18,488 nt of DNA from Amoeboradix gromovi X-113 (GCA_018985225.1 JADGIF010000128.1:1-18488); one strand, 5' to 3'; positions 7,015 through 16,660 are shown, numbered from the stretch's first letter. The notes: generated from the sequence alone by a model not told the origin. Numbers and translations are program-made.

Positions 7015-9552
7015 ATGCAAATATTTACTTCTCTATTGTTGGCGCAGAGCGATAGCCAAGTGCCAAGTAACATAAATTCCTTAAGCTTGAAAGATTTGCA
7101 AAACCAATTTAAAAAAGTATCCTACCCTCCAGATGACCAGCCGTCAATAAATGGTCTTAGATGTACGATGCCCGGAAACAAAGCATTTACAACCAAACCG
7201 GGATACTTTCAAATGATACAGACTGCACAGCCGGTTGCTTGTACAGCCGGGTTTTGGTGCCCCGGTGATACATCTCAGCCTTTTTACTGTTGTCCAGGGT
7301 TCTACTGTGACACACCTGATACAATATTAATATGCCCTTCAGGTTACTACTGCTCTATGGGCTCTAAGAAACCAGAAAGATGTTGGTTTCTTGCTATCTG
7401 TCCAATAGGTACATCTAAACCTTTTAGAATTGGTATGCTGGGTGTCATTGTCGCCACACTTGTTATCGTGGCAATGTGCTTTAGCATCAAAAGTCGATTA
7501 GATATCCAGCAAGCAGTTCGAAATAGATTGCAAGTTGAAATGATTAAACAAAACAAATTTAAAGAAGTCATTACCGTTCCACAAATAACAAACAACAAAG
7601 CTATTGATATTGAATTTGATAATTTGGAGTATAAACTTCCTGATGGTAGTGTTATAATGCAGAATGTGAGTGGCTTCTTTACAGCAGGTAAAATGAGTGC
7701 CATAATGGGTCCTTCTGGAGCAGGTAAAACGACTTTATTCTCACTGCTAACAGGAAAAGCCAAAAAAAGTAGAGGGTCTATCTTACTGAATGGAAAAAAA
7801 GAAGACTTGTCCAAGTATCAAAAACTAGTGGGGTATGTTCCTCAAGAGGATATAATGCTAAGAGAATTGACGGTAGATAATATATTATCTCACAGTGCTA
7901 ACATGAGACTTCCAAGCTCTCTAAGCAGTGCCCAAAAGCGCAAAAAGGTGGTAGAAACAATTGAATTCCTGGGATTAGGCAATGTAATTAATACTGTAAT
8001 TGGCGATGAGGAGACTAGAGGTATCAGTGGTGGTCAAAGAAAACGGGTTAATATCGGGATGGAGATCGTCAGTGATCCCAGTGTCTTGTTTTTAGACGAA
8101 CCAACAAGTGGCTTAGACAGCTCAACTGCTTTGGAGTTATGCCAGATATTAAGCAAGCTGGCAAAGCAAAACAAAATGACAATAGCTGCTATAATCCATA
8201 GCCCTAGTCCTCAAACTTTTTTTGAATTTCATGACGTGGTTTTGCTAGGCAAGGGTGGAAAGGTAGTATACTTTGGACCTACAAAAGGAGTCTCCCACTA
8301 TTTTAAAGAGCTGGGGTTTGTTAGTCCCAAAGGAATGAACCCAGCAGATTTTGCTATGGATATCATATCTGGAAAATTGCCGTGCTCTTGGGATTCCGAC
8401 TTCAGACCTGCAGATTTGTTTGATTACTGGGTATGTTATCAAAATGGAACACCTATCAACAAGATAAGAAATGATGAAAATGCAATGAAAATGAGAACAA
8501 TGAGAAGAAGAAAGTTACAAAACAAATCAATGATTACTAGAATTGTTAGTTCTTTCTTCTCTATGACTCTTGATTTGTTCGAATGGACTAGTGATGTAAT
8601 TACTGAATTTGTGTCTTCTTTGATAGAAATTGTTCGTATTTTTACTTTTATGAAAGATCCCGTGAGGAGTACTCCAAACTTCTTTGTTGTCTATTTCCTA
8701 TTACTAAAAAGATCTTTTCAGCAGCAATTTAGGAGCAGCAAGAGGTTCATATTTGACAGCATTATTCACTTTGTAGCTGGGCTGATTGTTAGTGTCGCTA
8801 TTCAAGATTTTAAATACTTGGGAAAGCAGCCATCCCAAGTATGTGACATTTCTCCATTTATGTTACGATTGGCATGTAACAATGCGATTGATTTTATAAA
8901 TCAGGCAGGCATGTTGGTTTGTGTTGGAATACTCTTTGCAGGACAGGCAACCAGTGCTCACACATTCGGAAATGAAAAGGTGGTTTACTGGAGGGACACC
9001 AGTGCTGGAATGCATACAGTTCCTTATTTTTTAGCTAAGTTTACATCTGACATTCCCAGAATTGTTATAGCAGGATTTTTTTATACTCTGTCATTGACTG
9101 TATTTTTTGATTACAGGTCTCAATTCTTTAGCTTGATGTTAGTCAACCTGTCGTTGTACTTTGTTGCATTTAATTTTGGTTATATTTTAAGTATTCTATT
9201 TAGCAAAACAAGTGTAGGTTTACTGACAGCTGCTAACGCCCTGTTATGGGGATTCTTGTTTGGCGGCGTAAGTCCAGATCTAACAGATGTCAATGATCCA
9301 ACGAGTGTATATGCACCATTTAAAATAATTTGGCAGTTTTCTGCGCCTCGCTGGGCAGTTGAAGCCTTTTACATTAAGGAAGTGGGAGCCAGAGAATGGG
9401 CTGAAATTACTAACTTATCTATACCTTTTAACCATACGTACGATAGAAACAACTTTGGACTTGATCTTCTGATGATGGTTTTGATCGGATGCATGTGGGC
9501 ATTTTTCTCTTTCTTGGCGTTAAAGTTAACAAACAGAAGAAAGCAAAAATAA
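7015..9552 (+). CDS. ABCG (White-family) half transporter with an N-terminal Cys-rich extracellular domain (ADP1 / plant ABCG24-28-like architecture)
   Basis: Cys repeats CTAGFWCP, CCPGFYC and CPSGYYC, then a TM segment. Walker A GPSGAGKT, signature ISGGQRKRV, Walker B LFLDEPTSGLD, H-loop IIHSP. C-terminal TMD. Confidence 0.95.
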   Translation: MQIFTSLLLAQSDSQVPSNINSLSLKDLQNQFKKVSYPPDDQPSINGLRCTMPGNKAFTTKPGYFQMIQTAQPVACTAGFWCPGDTSQPFYCCPGFYCDTPDTILICPSGYYCSMGSKKPERCWFLAICPIGTSKPFRIGMLGVIVATLVIVAMCFSIKSRLDIQQAVRNRLQVEMIKQNKFKEVITVPQITNNKAIDIEFDNLEYKLPDGSVIMQNVSGFFTAGKMSAIMGPSGAGKTTLFSLLTGKAKKSRGSILLNGKKEDLSKYQKLVGYVPQEDIMLRELTVDNILSHSANMRLPSSLSSAQKRKKVVETIEFLGLGNVINTVIGDEETRGISGGQRKRVNIGMEIVSDPSVLFLDEPTSGLDSSTALELCQILSKLAKQNKMTIAAIIHSPSPQTFFEFHDVVLLGKGGKVVYFGPTKGVSHYFKELGFVSPKGMNPADFAMDIISGKLPCSWDSDFRPADLFDYWVCYQNGTPINKIRNDENAMKMRTMRRRKLQNKSMITRIVSSFFSMTLDLFEWTSDVITEFVSSLIEIVRIFTFMKDPVRSTPNFFVVYFLLLKRSFQQQFRSSKRFIFDSIIHFVAGLIVSVAIQDFKYLGKQPSQVCDISPFMLRLACNNAIDFINQAGMLVCVGILFAGQATSAHTFGNEKVVYWRDTSAGMHTVPYFLAKFTSDIPRIVIAGFFYTLSLTVFFDYRSQFFSLMLVNLSLYFVAFNFGYILSILFSKTSVGLLTAANALLWGFLFGGVSPDLTDVNDPTSVYAPFKIIWQFSAPRWAVEAFYIKEVGAREWAEITNLSIPFNHTYDRNNFGLDLLMMVLIGCMWAFFSFLALKLTNRRKQK

Positions 9553-9608
9553 ATACTTTTGCTTAAATTTTTCTTATTTCTTTACTCTTCAACCCAAAAC
9601 GCAAGGAA

Positions 9609-11034
9609 ATGTTACTTGATCGCAAGTCTGTGTTATCAAAATATCCATCCTTTACATTTGAGTCACCTTGTAAAATCAACAGCGACTACATAACGCCTTT
9701 AACTACCGAATACTGCCTAATTCGTCAACGGGAAAACATAAATTCTTTAGAAGATGTCCGTGTTGCCGTTATTGGTAACGTAGATGCTGGTAAAAGCAGC
9801 ATTCTTGGAGTATTAACGAAGGGAAAACTAGATGATGGTAGAGGTAAAGCTAGAGAAGTTCTTTTCAAACATAAGCATGAGTTGCTTACAGGACGCACCA
9901 GCTCTGTAGGAATGGAAATTATGGGGTTCGATGAGTATGGGGCACAAATATTAAAAAACAAAATGACTTGGGATGAGGTTGCATGCAGTAGCTCAAAGAT
10001 GATTACTTTTCTTGATTTGGCTGGTCATGAAAAGTATCTAAAAACTACTGTTTATGGATTAAGTAGCTCGCAACCAGATTATGCAATGCTAATGGTGGGC
10101 GCTAATGCAGGAATGATAGGTATGACTAAGGAGCATTTAGGCTTAACGTTACTTCTTAATATTCCTTCGATAATAGTAATAACTAAAATAGATATGGCGC
10201 CCCCTGATATATTAAAGCAGACAATAAATCAGTTACAGAAGATCTTAAAAAGTAGCGGCTGTCGTAAATTACCAATGTTTATACGGACGAATAATGATGT
10301 GATCAAAGTTGCGCTTAATTTTACCGGTAGTGAACGTATATGTCCAGTTTTTATGGTTAGTAATGTAACTGGAGAAGGAATAGATTTATTGAAGCTTTTT
10401 TTAAACATACTGCCATCCACTCAGATTTTACACACTCCGTCTCAGAGTTTCGAGAACACCAGCAGTGTCTCCTATGAAATCACGGAATCGTTTAGCGTTC
10501 CAGGTGTTGGCTGCGTGGTTAGTGGTCATCTATTAACAGGAACGGTCAGCGTTGGTGATATGCTTCTAATTGGACCTGACAAGAATGGCGTATTTATAAA
10601 CACTCAGATTAAAGGGATTCATCGTAAAAGGGTGTCTATTCACACAGCTATGCCAGGTCAAGGCGTATCTTTTGCACTGAAGAAAGTAAAAAGAAATCAG
10701 ATTCGAAAAGGGATGGTAATTGTGAGTAAAGACGTCGATACCAACAAACACGTAACTCGTGAATTTGAAGCCGAAATTTTGGTACTTCATCATTCAACGA
10801 CTATAGCAGTCAACTATCAGACTATGTTACATTCGCGTAAATAACATTAATGTAGGAAATGTGAGACAAACTGTACAAATTGTAGAAATGAGCGCGCCGC
10901 TCATAAGAAATGGAGATAAGAGTGCTGTTAAGATGAGATTTATATCTCACCCAGAGTATCTGAACATCGATATGAAGATATTGTTCAGAGAGGGAAGAAC
11001 TAAGGGTATTGGAAAGATTTTAAGATTATTATAG
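9609..11034 (+). CDS. GTPBP1/GTPBP2-family translational GTPase; join(9609..10836,10856..11034)
   Basis: VAVIGNVDAGKSS, HKHE..TGRTSS, FLDLAGHEKYLKTT, TKID, VPGVG. Removing 10837-10855 restores the C-terminus HSRNVRQT...IRNGDKS...PEYL...LFREGRTKGIGKI, with TAG at 11032-11034. Confidence 0.93.
10837..10855 (+). other. 19-nt spliceosomal-type intron (GTAAATAACATTAATGTAG)
   Basis: GT...AG, contains the in-frame TAA. It is the only local GT/AG pair I found that restores the frame, and it gives the conserved H-x-x-NVRQT spacing. Confidence 0.85.
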
Positions 11035-11083
11035 CTTAAGTAAATTATTTTTTATTAGAGTTCATCGTTAAAAGTCCTGATTT

Positions 11084-11200
11084 CCGAGAAAATCGAGAAT
11101 TTCCACAGAGAAACTAGCAATACTAGATGCTCCGTTACAGTGATCGCTCACGCTTTCACTACCCCTGAGGCGGGATTGAATAAGGATGCAGATACTTGAT
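11084..11200 (-). ncRNA. Putative omegaRNA scaffold of the Fanzor2 element
   Basis: Overlaps the 3' end of the TnpB frame and runs to the predicted right end. Hairpin AGTGA-aa-GC-GTGA-GC-ga-TCACT (11160-11139, GNRA loop) lies inside a pairing of TGCATCCTTA (11190-11181) with TAACGGAGCA (11137-11128). Position inferred from known TnpB/Fanzor architecture. Confidence 0.5.
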
Positions 11201-11311
11201 GTATATGTTCCTTGCTGTCATATGATCTCTATCTATCTTCAAATGACACTTTGTACAAGTTCAAGTTTCTAAATTAGTTTTCTTTACAGTACCACAACTT
11301 GTACATGGCAT
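11159..11311 (-). pseudogene. TnpB/Fanzor2 C-terminal fragment (zinc ribbon plus RuvC-III)
   Basis: Translates as MPCTSCGTVKKTNLET*TCTKCHLKIDRDHMTARNIYIKYLHPYSIPPQG*: CxxC-x(11)-CxxC followed by IDRD-x3-ARNI. One internal TGA at 11261-11263. Missing from the ORF track. Confidence 0.85.
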
Positions 11312-11382
11312 CGAATTTGTTCCTTGGCGCCATGTAGTCCATGTCCACTTCGAAATGATACTATTTACATGGCATCGAATTT
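11302..11382 (+). repeat. 17-bp direct repeat TACATGGCATCGAATTT (11302-11318 and 11366-11382) flanking a 47-bp filler
   Basis: Exact match, read directly. Confidence 0.9.
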
Positions 11383-11489
11383 TCGTGTTTGGACCAGCTT
11401 ATCAGTGTTGATGAATGTACGCTGTACCTGTTAGTTATTTCTTTAGAATTGACATATTCAGGATAACATTTATTTATTCCATTTACCAT
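11370..11489 (-). pseudogene. IS607-type serine-recombinase (TnpA) N-terminal MerR-like HTH fragment
   Basis: MVNGINKCYPEYVNSKEITNRYSVHSSTLISWSK, then after a frameshift KIRC. Fits the Y..KE....V..STL..W...GKI pattern of IS607 TnpA. Confidence 0.7.
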
Positions 11490-11626
11490 TTGCGAAAAGG
11501 AAGAACATCGAGTATTTAAACTATTAGAAAAGTTATAAATTATACAAAAATGCATACAGATTCGCGATAAATGATTTATTCAAGAAAACAATCGAGCTGC
11601 ATTGGCAGACAATTTTAAAATAATTT

Positions 11627-12598
11627 ATGACACAAGCTATTCGTTTGCTGTTCTATATTTTTGTTTTAATTTTTGTTTATCAACTAATAAAAAGCAGTCC
11701 GGAGAAACCTCACGATCTTAACGATGAATTTGCAAACAAACTTGATGGCGAAAAGATATTTCAATCTGGTTCCCTAGAATATTGGATATCAAAAGTGAAT
11801 ATTCCCAACAGATACGCTGGATCTATTGCAAACAAAAACACTAGGAATGTAATTATTCAACAGTTAAAAAACACCGGATTTAAGGTGGAATTAGACAAAT
11901 TCACTGATACTACCCCAGTGGGTCCAATTGAATTTACTAACGTCATTGCAACTAAATTCAAATCAAATAAAAAGTTCAGTACCCAAAAAAAGATAATGCT
12001 TGCAGCCCATTACGATAGTAAATATTTTAAAAATGAAGATTTTTATGGTACTACAGATAGTGCCACTGCTGTTGGATTGCTTTTAAAATTGGCAGAGTAC
12101 TTAAACGTGGACTGTAGCTCCGAATATGAGCTTTACCTAGTTTTTTTTGATGGGGAAGAAGCGTTTGTTGAGTGGAGTGCAACTGATTCTGTCTATGGCG
12201 CCAGGCACCTGGCTGATAAATGGAAAGATATGTTGGTAGACTTTGAATACATGATCTTATTTGATTTACTTGGTGGCAAAGACGCATCTAACGGACATAT
12301 ACGCAGAACTCCATACAGTTATAAACCTGTATTTGAAAAGCTGTTGCAGATCGACCGCAATGATGATAGTTTTGACATCTTTGGCGGATCAACTTACAAA
12401 ACATTTGATGATGATCATAGGCCTTTCATGGAGAAGGGTATGAAAATTGTCCATGTTATTCCACATGAATTTCCTAAAGTATGGCATACAGCAGACGACA
12501 CTATAGAGAATGTAGATATGTCCATAATGCATGGATACGAAAAACTTGTTAAATCCTTTATTACGCAAGAATTACGGATTGAGGCTTGCCTACCCTAA
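11627..12598 (+). CDS. Glutaminyl-peptide cyclotransferase (peptidase M28 fold) with an N-terminal membrane anchor
   Basis: LAAHYDSKYF, GTTDSA, FFDGEEAFVEWSATDSVYGARHLA, LFDLLG, DDHRPF, FPKVWHTADDT. Confidence 0.95.
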   Translation: MTQAIRLLFYIFVLIFVYQLIKSSPEKPHDLNDEFANKLDGEKIFQSGSLEYWISKVNIPNRYAGSIANKNTRNVIIQQLKNTGFKVELDKFTDTTPVGPIEFTNVIATKFKSNKKFSTQKKIMLAAHYDSKYFKNEDFYGTTDSATAVGLLLKLAEYLNVDCSSEYELYLVFFDGEEAFVEWSATDSVYGARHLADKWKDMLVDFEYMILFDLLGGKDASNGHIRRTPYSYKPVFEKLLQIDRNDDSFDIFGGSTYKTFDDDHRPFMEKGMKIVHVIPHEFPKVWHTADDTIENVDMSIMHGYEKLVKSFITQELRIEACLP

Positions 12599-12626
12599 TA
12601 AACCAGATTTGTGAAAAACTTTCCAT

Positions 12627-12923
12627 TTATTTACTTCTAATCGCAGTTAAAATATGTCTTATTGTGTGATCTACAGCTATCTTGAAATCGTCTTGACTGT
12701 TACTACTAATTTGGTCCAAGAATGGCTGGCATTTCAGCAAATGCTTTCTAAAATTATCAGGTCTCGTCCTGAACTTCAATACTCTTTGACAGTAAGGACA
12801 TGGATCTTTTGCTGTATGGACACCTCTCAGATGTTTATAGAGTGACTCTCGAGTTTTGAATGGCTTATCACAAACTTGGCAATTGTGGGCTATGATAGGA
12901 TTTAATAATAAGTTGATATGCAT
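12627..12923 (-). CDS. Small C2H2 zinc-finger protein (98 aa)
   Basis: Probable start MHINLLLNP. Finger 1 is CQVCDKPFKTRESLYKHLRGVH, finger 2 is CPYC...HLLKC. AATAAA overlaps the stop. Confidence 0.8.
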   Translation of the reverse strand: MHINLLLNPIIAHNCQVCDKPFKTRESLYKHLRGVHTAKDPCPYCQRVLKFRTRPDNFRKHLLKCQPFLDQISSNSQDDFKIAVDHTIRHILTAIRSK

Positions 12924-13499
12924 GATTATGTACATTAAAGGATAGATCTGAGCGTTATAAACAGTAAAATACATCATCTGACAAGATAACGACGTGTAGC
13001 GCGTTAGTGTAAAAAATATTTGAACAGAGTCTGATTCGTGGGATAACACGATACGGAGTTAAGAAACTGCTTATTTGCCACAATTAAGCACGCATGATTT
13101 AGGATATCTAGTCAAGAGTGATAAATTTCCTGAAAAGTCTGACGATACGAATGAGCATCAATTACGTCTCACAGAGTCGTACCAGAACTATTTTGGGAGT
13201 CAAAATCACTAGTTAAGGTGTAAGCGGGACCAACTTAAAAACCAGAAAACATCTCAAAAGTGAAAACTTGATTAGTCATTTGGATAGAGGATAAAACCAG
13301 GAGTGTCTATATGGGCAATTAAACCAAAACTTCATATACGGAACATGAGAGTATTGAAGATGGGTCCACAGGATCGTCAGAGACCTGCATCAATGAACTT
13401 TTGCTGCCACATAATCACCATTTTCAGTTATCCTTAAGCATCTTCAGACCTCCACTTATTGATATGATATCTATCTATATCATGAAACCTATAGAGGGA

Positions 13500-14697
13500 T
13501 GTCCAAAATCTAAGATAGCAGCTCTAGAACTGAGGAAGTACGCAACTGTCACGACGAGAGCTCACTCTCCAAGCTATTTAGCGACATGCTCGAATTGAAA
13601 GACACGGGATACTCTGCCCAGTTCGTATAGCCAGAAAACATAAAGAGTGTCGAAGAGGTGTGTGAAATATCCGAGGACAACGGAATACTTACTATCAACG
13701 AGGAATTGTTCTCGAGAAACATAAAGGGCTGCCTGATTAAGATCATGAAACCAAAGACTGTTGCCCTGCTAAAAGACGGGATGTGGAGAAAGCATTTACA
13801 AAAAAATTCTTGAATGAATCGAATTGCACCAACTTCCTTGGATTCGTCAAAGTACAAATGAAGGGGTACAGTTCAGAGAAGCATCTAGCGAAATACACTT
13901 CCATTGTCAACGCAAACGGGGTGGGAAAGTATCGGCTGCTTGACGCTAAATGGTGCCATGGCAGAGCAGCTTATATCGGACATGATGGCGTTTTGCTACT
14001 AAATCTCTGGTGACAGAAAGACCTTGATGTGCGGGTATGCCTCAGAGCCGACATTGTAATATGCAGCCGGTATGTTCATATTTGGCAAAGACTAAAGACT
14101 GAAGCTCTTCATGCTATCAGATACCTGTCCAGCACTGGATTCTGCTACCAGTGCTCCTGGGCAGTGGGTCATTCACAGCCCTGTTGATACAGCTCAAGTT
14201 CTATGCTCCAAACACAAAGGACAAGGTTGATGAGCATCTGCTGAAATGCAATCCGTGGTACAGCAAGATCATAAAGGATCGCGAAGAGATAAACATGCCG
14301 TACATATCGATCTACATCCAGCTGGGGGCAGGAAAGTCTAGTGGGGTGTATGTCAAGAAATACTGGGAGTATATGAATAGGGCACCGACATCCAAGAGCG
14401 ATGGTGCAGCAGAGAGATTTGCAGAGACAGAAAAAGATAGAGGCGCAAGCCAACAGATACCAGAGCTTCATAGTGTGCATTGGGAGCGGAGGGCTGCTAC
14501 CCGAAAATGAGCTCAGTGCGGAGGAGAAGAACATAATCGAGAATCTGAGCAACGATATCATCACATCGATACATCCAGAGGGGTTACAGCCATACAGATA
14601 TCTCACGCGCATCATCTATCCGGACTTGGAACCAAGGCCGAAGCACACGAGCGAGCAATCAGGGCCTGTCAAAAGGGTCAAAATCAATAAACACTGA
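13500..14697 (+). pseudogene. Decayed Crinkler-associated P-loop NTPase plus restriction-endonuclease-fold gene
   Basis: Ordered fragments in shifting frames: KYTSIVNANGVGKYRLL (Walker A, cf. SIVQSSGxGKSRL), AEQLISDMMAFCY*ISGDRKTLMCGYASEPTL*YAAG (cf. YPSEPxLA), ILLPVLLGSGSFTALLIQLKFY (QxK nuclease motif), MPYISIYIQLG. Contains stops, frameshifts and large internal deletions. 5' boundary approximate. Confidence 0.7.
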
Positions 14698-15662
14698 GTG
14701 TCTATTATCAGCGCATTTCCTTGTTGTTACACTTTCCAGTGGCGACTTTTCCTACTTATATCCAACAAATGACATTACATATGTTGGTATGAAGCCAGAG
14801 CGGCATAGAGAAGAGTGCAGCAGAGAAGAAAGTCGAATCGATGTATTTCGTATTCCAGACATTCTAGAGAGAGTTCCCAACGCTCAATAATGCACTGAAG
14901 CATGCCTTTAAAAGACCATAGTATGGCACAGTGCAGAATCATACTGCATATATTATAGTGACATGGCATCTAAATGCCAGCACTACAGTTTGTCTGCTAT
15001 GGTAAATAAAAATGTTCTACTGATATATTTTGTCGACTTGATTCAGTTGCATGTTCTTGCACAAAAGCAACATACAAGCGACGGATTGGTTACATATTCT
15101 TATGCACTAGCACTAGCTGACCAGCTAACAGCACACACCAGAGGTTCTAATCAACAGTTCCTCTCGTACTAGTTTGAATTACTGTGCGGATGACTTCCTA
15201 TCAGTATCGTAAGGTGGATCTATACATGTAGTTTGGATTTATCCTTAATTCAGTCCAGTTCTGAGGTTGGTGAGCTCAGATTAATTCAGGTCTGTTAACT
15301 TAATCAACAAAATTTGTAGTATTTGGGTAGTAAAGTGCGGAAATCTATATTTCCGAAATCATTGTTGCAGATCAAGACGATTTGTTTATTTTATACAAGA
15401 GAGAAGCTAGTTTGGTTTGCTTTAGAATAAACCAATTTATTTTGGATGCCGTGCTTTAGTCGAATTGCCCTAATAGTCAGATTAATCTCAACTTACATGT
15501 CTGTGTAGGCCATCTCAATAACCGATTGAGCAATAAGCTGCATACTTATTGTTAAATTCCTTTTTTGTTTTTACTAGCACATTCATCCCATAACAAGCAT
15601 TCTAGCAAAGACGTATAGAAGTCTCAGAGAAGAGGTATGTATTGCGTTTCTTGAATAAACTG

Positions 15663-15785
15663 TGCAGATATCTCTTATAGGCATTGGAAGACATCAAATT
15701 ATTCCCTGTTTGGACTAGTTCCTCAGTGTTGATGAATGTATACTGTACTCGTTAGTTATATCTTTAGAATTGACATATTCGGGAT
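15663..15785 (-). pseudogene. Second IS607 TnpA N-terminal remnant
   Basis: 15707-15785 matches 11386-11464 at 69/79 nt without gaps. Translates as PEYVNSKDITNEYSIHSSTLRN*SKQGII*CLPMP, then KRY after a frameshift. Confidence 0.75.
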
Positions 15786-16168
15786 TTAGTACACTGGCGT
15801 AATATGGTACCTTAAATAAATTTCTGAATGATTTCTTACCAAGCGAGCAGATAAATGAAGACATATGTTGTTTATTCTTATTTCTGATGTTAAAGCTGAA
15901 GCAATTTATTTATTCTTTGAAACGCTTACAAAAACGGACCAGTACAGAGACTGCTTAAGTCTTACTGAGATAGTCTAGTGAGAGATGTGCATGACTACCT
16001 TTAGCTCTTCTTGTTAATATAACAGGAAACAGATGTAAATTAAGATTGGTTGCTAGTTGTAAACAATCAAGAAGCCAAATTGTTATCTCAGCCTTGAAAG
16101 TGCTTGGTATCATAAGAAAAAATTCACAAGAATTATTCTTCAAGGAGAACATTTCACTGCAGAGGAGA

Positions 16169-16660
16169 ATGAAAACGGCTCGCCCAATTAATCTTTTACA
16201 GTTTATCAAAAACAATCCATTTATGCCTCCAATAAACAACAGAGTTGTGCAACAAGACCAGTTAATGGTCATGTTGGTTCAAGGTCCAAATAAAAGAACC
16301 GATTATCATGTTAACCCCACAAATGAATGGTTTTACCAGTTAAAAGGTGATTTAGTATTAAAGATTATTGAGGACAATAGTTTCAAAGACTTGGTTATTA
16401 AGCAAGGAGAATCATATTTGCTCCATGCTAATATTCCGCATTCCCCACAAAGAGTTGAAAATTCTCTAGGTCTCGTAATCGAAATGGTCCGCCCTGAAAA
16501 TATGCTGGACTCCTTACAATGGTATTGTAACGGCTGCAAAAAATTGCTGCAAGAATCAAAAGTGAGAGTAAATGATTTGAATGTCGATTTATTGAAGCCT
16601 ATAAACGAGTTTACTTCAAAAAAACAGAAGTGTCCTGATTGTAATACTATTCATAACTAG
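16169..16660 (+). CDS. HAAO: 3-hydroxyanthranilate 3,4-dioxygenase (kynurenine pathway)
   Basis: PINL...PPINN, GPNKRTDYHVNPTNEWFYQLKG, IPHSPQR, LGLVIE, WYCNGC and CPDC (rubredoxin-like site as in yeast Bna1). First suitable ATG is at 16169. Confidence 0.96.
   Translation: MKTARPINLLQFIKNNPFMPPINNRVVQQDQLMVMLVQGPNKRTDYHVNPTNEWFYQLKGDLVLKIIEDNSFKDLVIKQGESYLLHANIPHSPQRVENSLGLVIEMVRPENMLDSLQWYCNGCKKLLQESKVRVNDLNVDLLKPINEFTSKKQKCPDCNTIHN

Larger units (their letters stand above)
11084..11560 (-). mobile_element. Internally deleted, non-autonomous IS607-family / Fanzor2 (TnpB) element; left boundary approximate
   Basis: 5' part encodes an IS607 TnpA-type HTH fragment and 3' part encodes a TnpB/Fanzor C-terminus. 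A stem-loop-rich tail ends ...TTTTCTCGG (IS607 elements recombine at GG). Confidence 0.75.

Noticed and set aside
7347-10793. Antisense ORFs within the ABCG and GTPBP genes (and similar shadows on other genes)
   Set aside because: Shadow frames of well-supported genes on the opposite strand, with no motifs.
11261-11263. In-frame TGA in the Fanzor fragment as evidence of stop-codon reassignment
   Set aside because: Intact genes in the window terminate with TAA, TAG and TGA and have no internal stops. Pseudogenisation is sufficient.
11302-11382. Two 17-bp repeats with a 47-bp spacer as a mini CRISPR array
   Set aside because: Only two units, the repeat is too short, there are no cas genes, and it is explained as a junction duplication.
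15955-16152. Possible small - strand ORF (MFSLKNNS...) divergent from HAAO
   Set aside because: No recognisable motif and no adjacent poly(A) signal. Cannot be supported.
16162-16167. Shine-Dalgarno-like GAGGAG before the HAAO ATG
   Set aside because: Only 1 nt from the ATG, and the context is eukaryotic.
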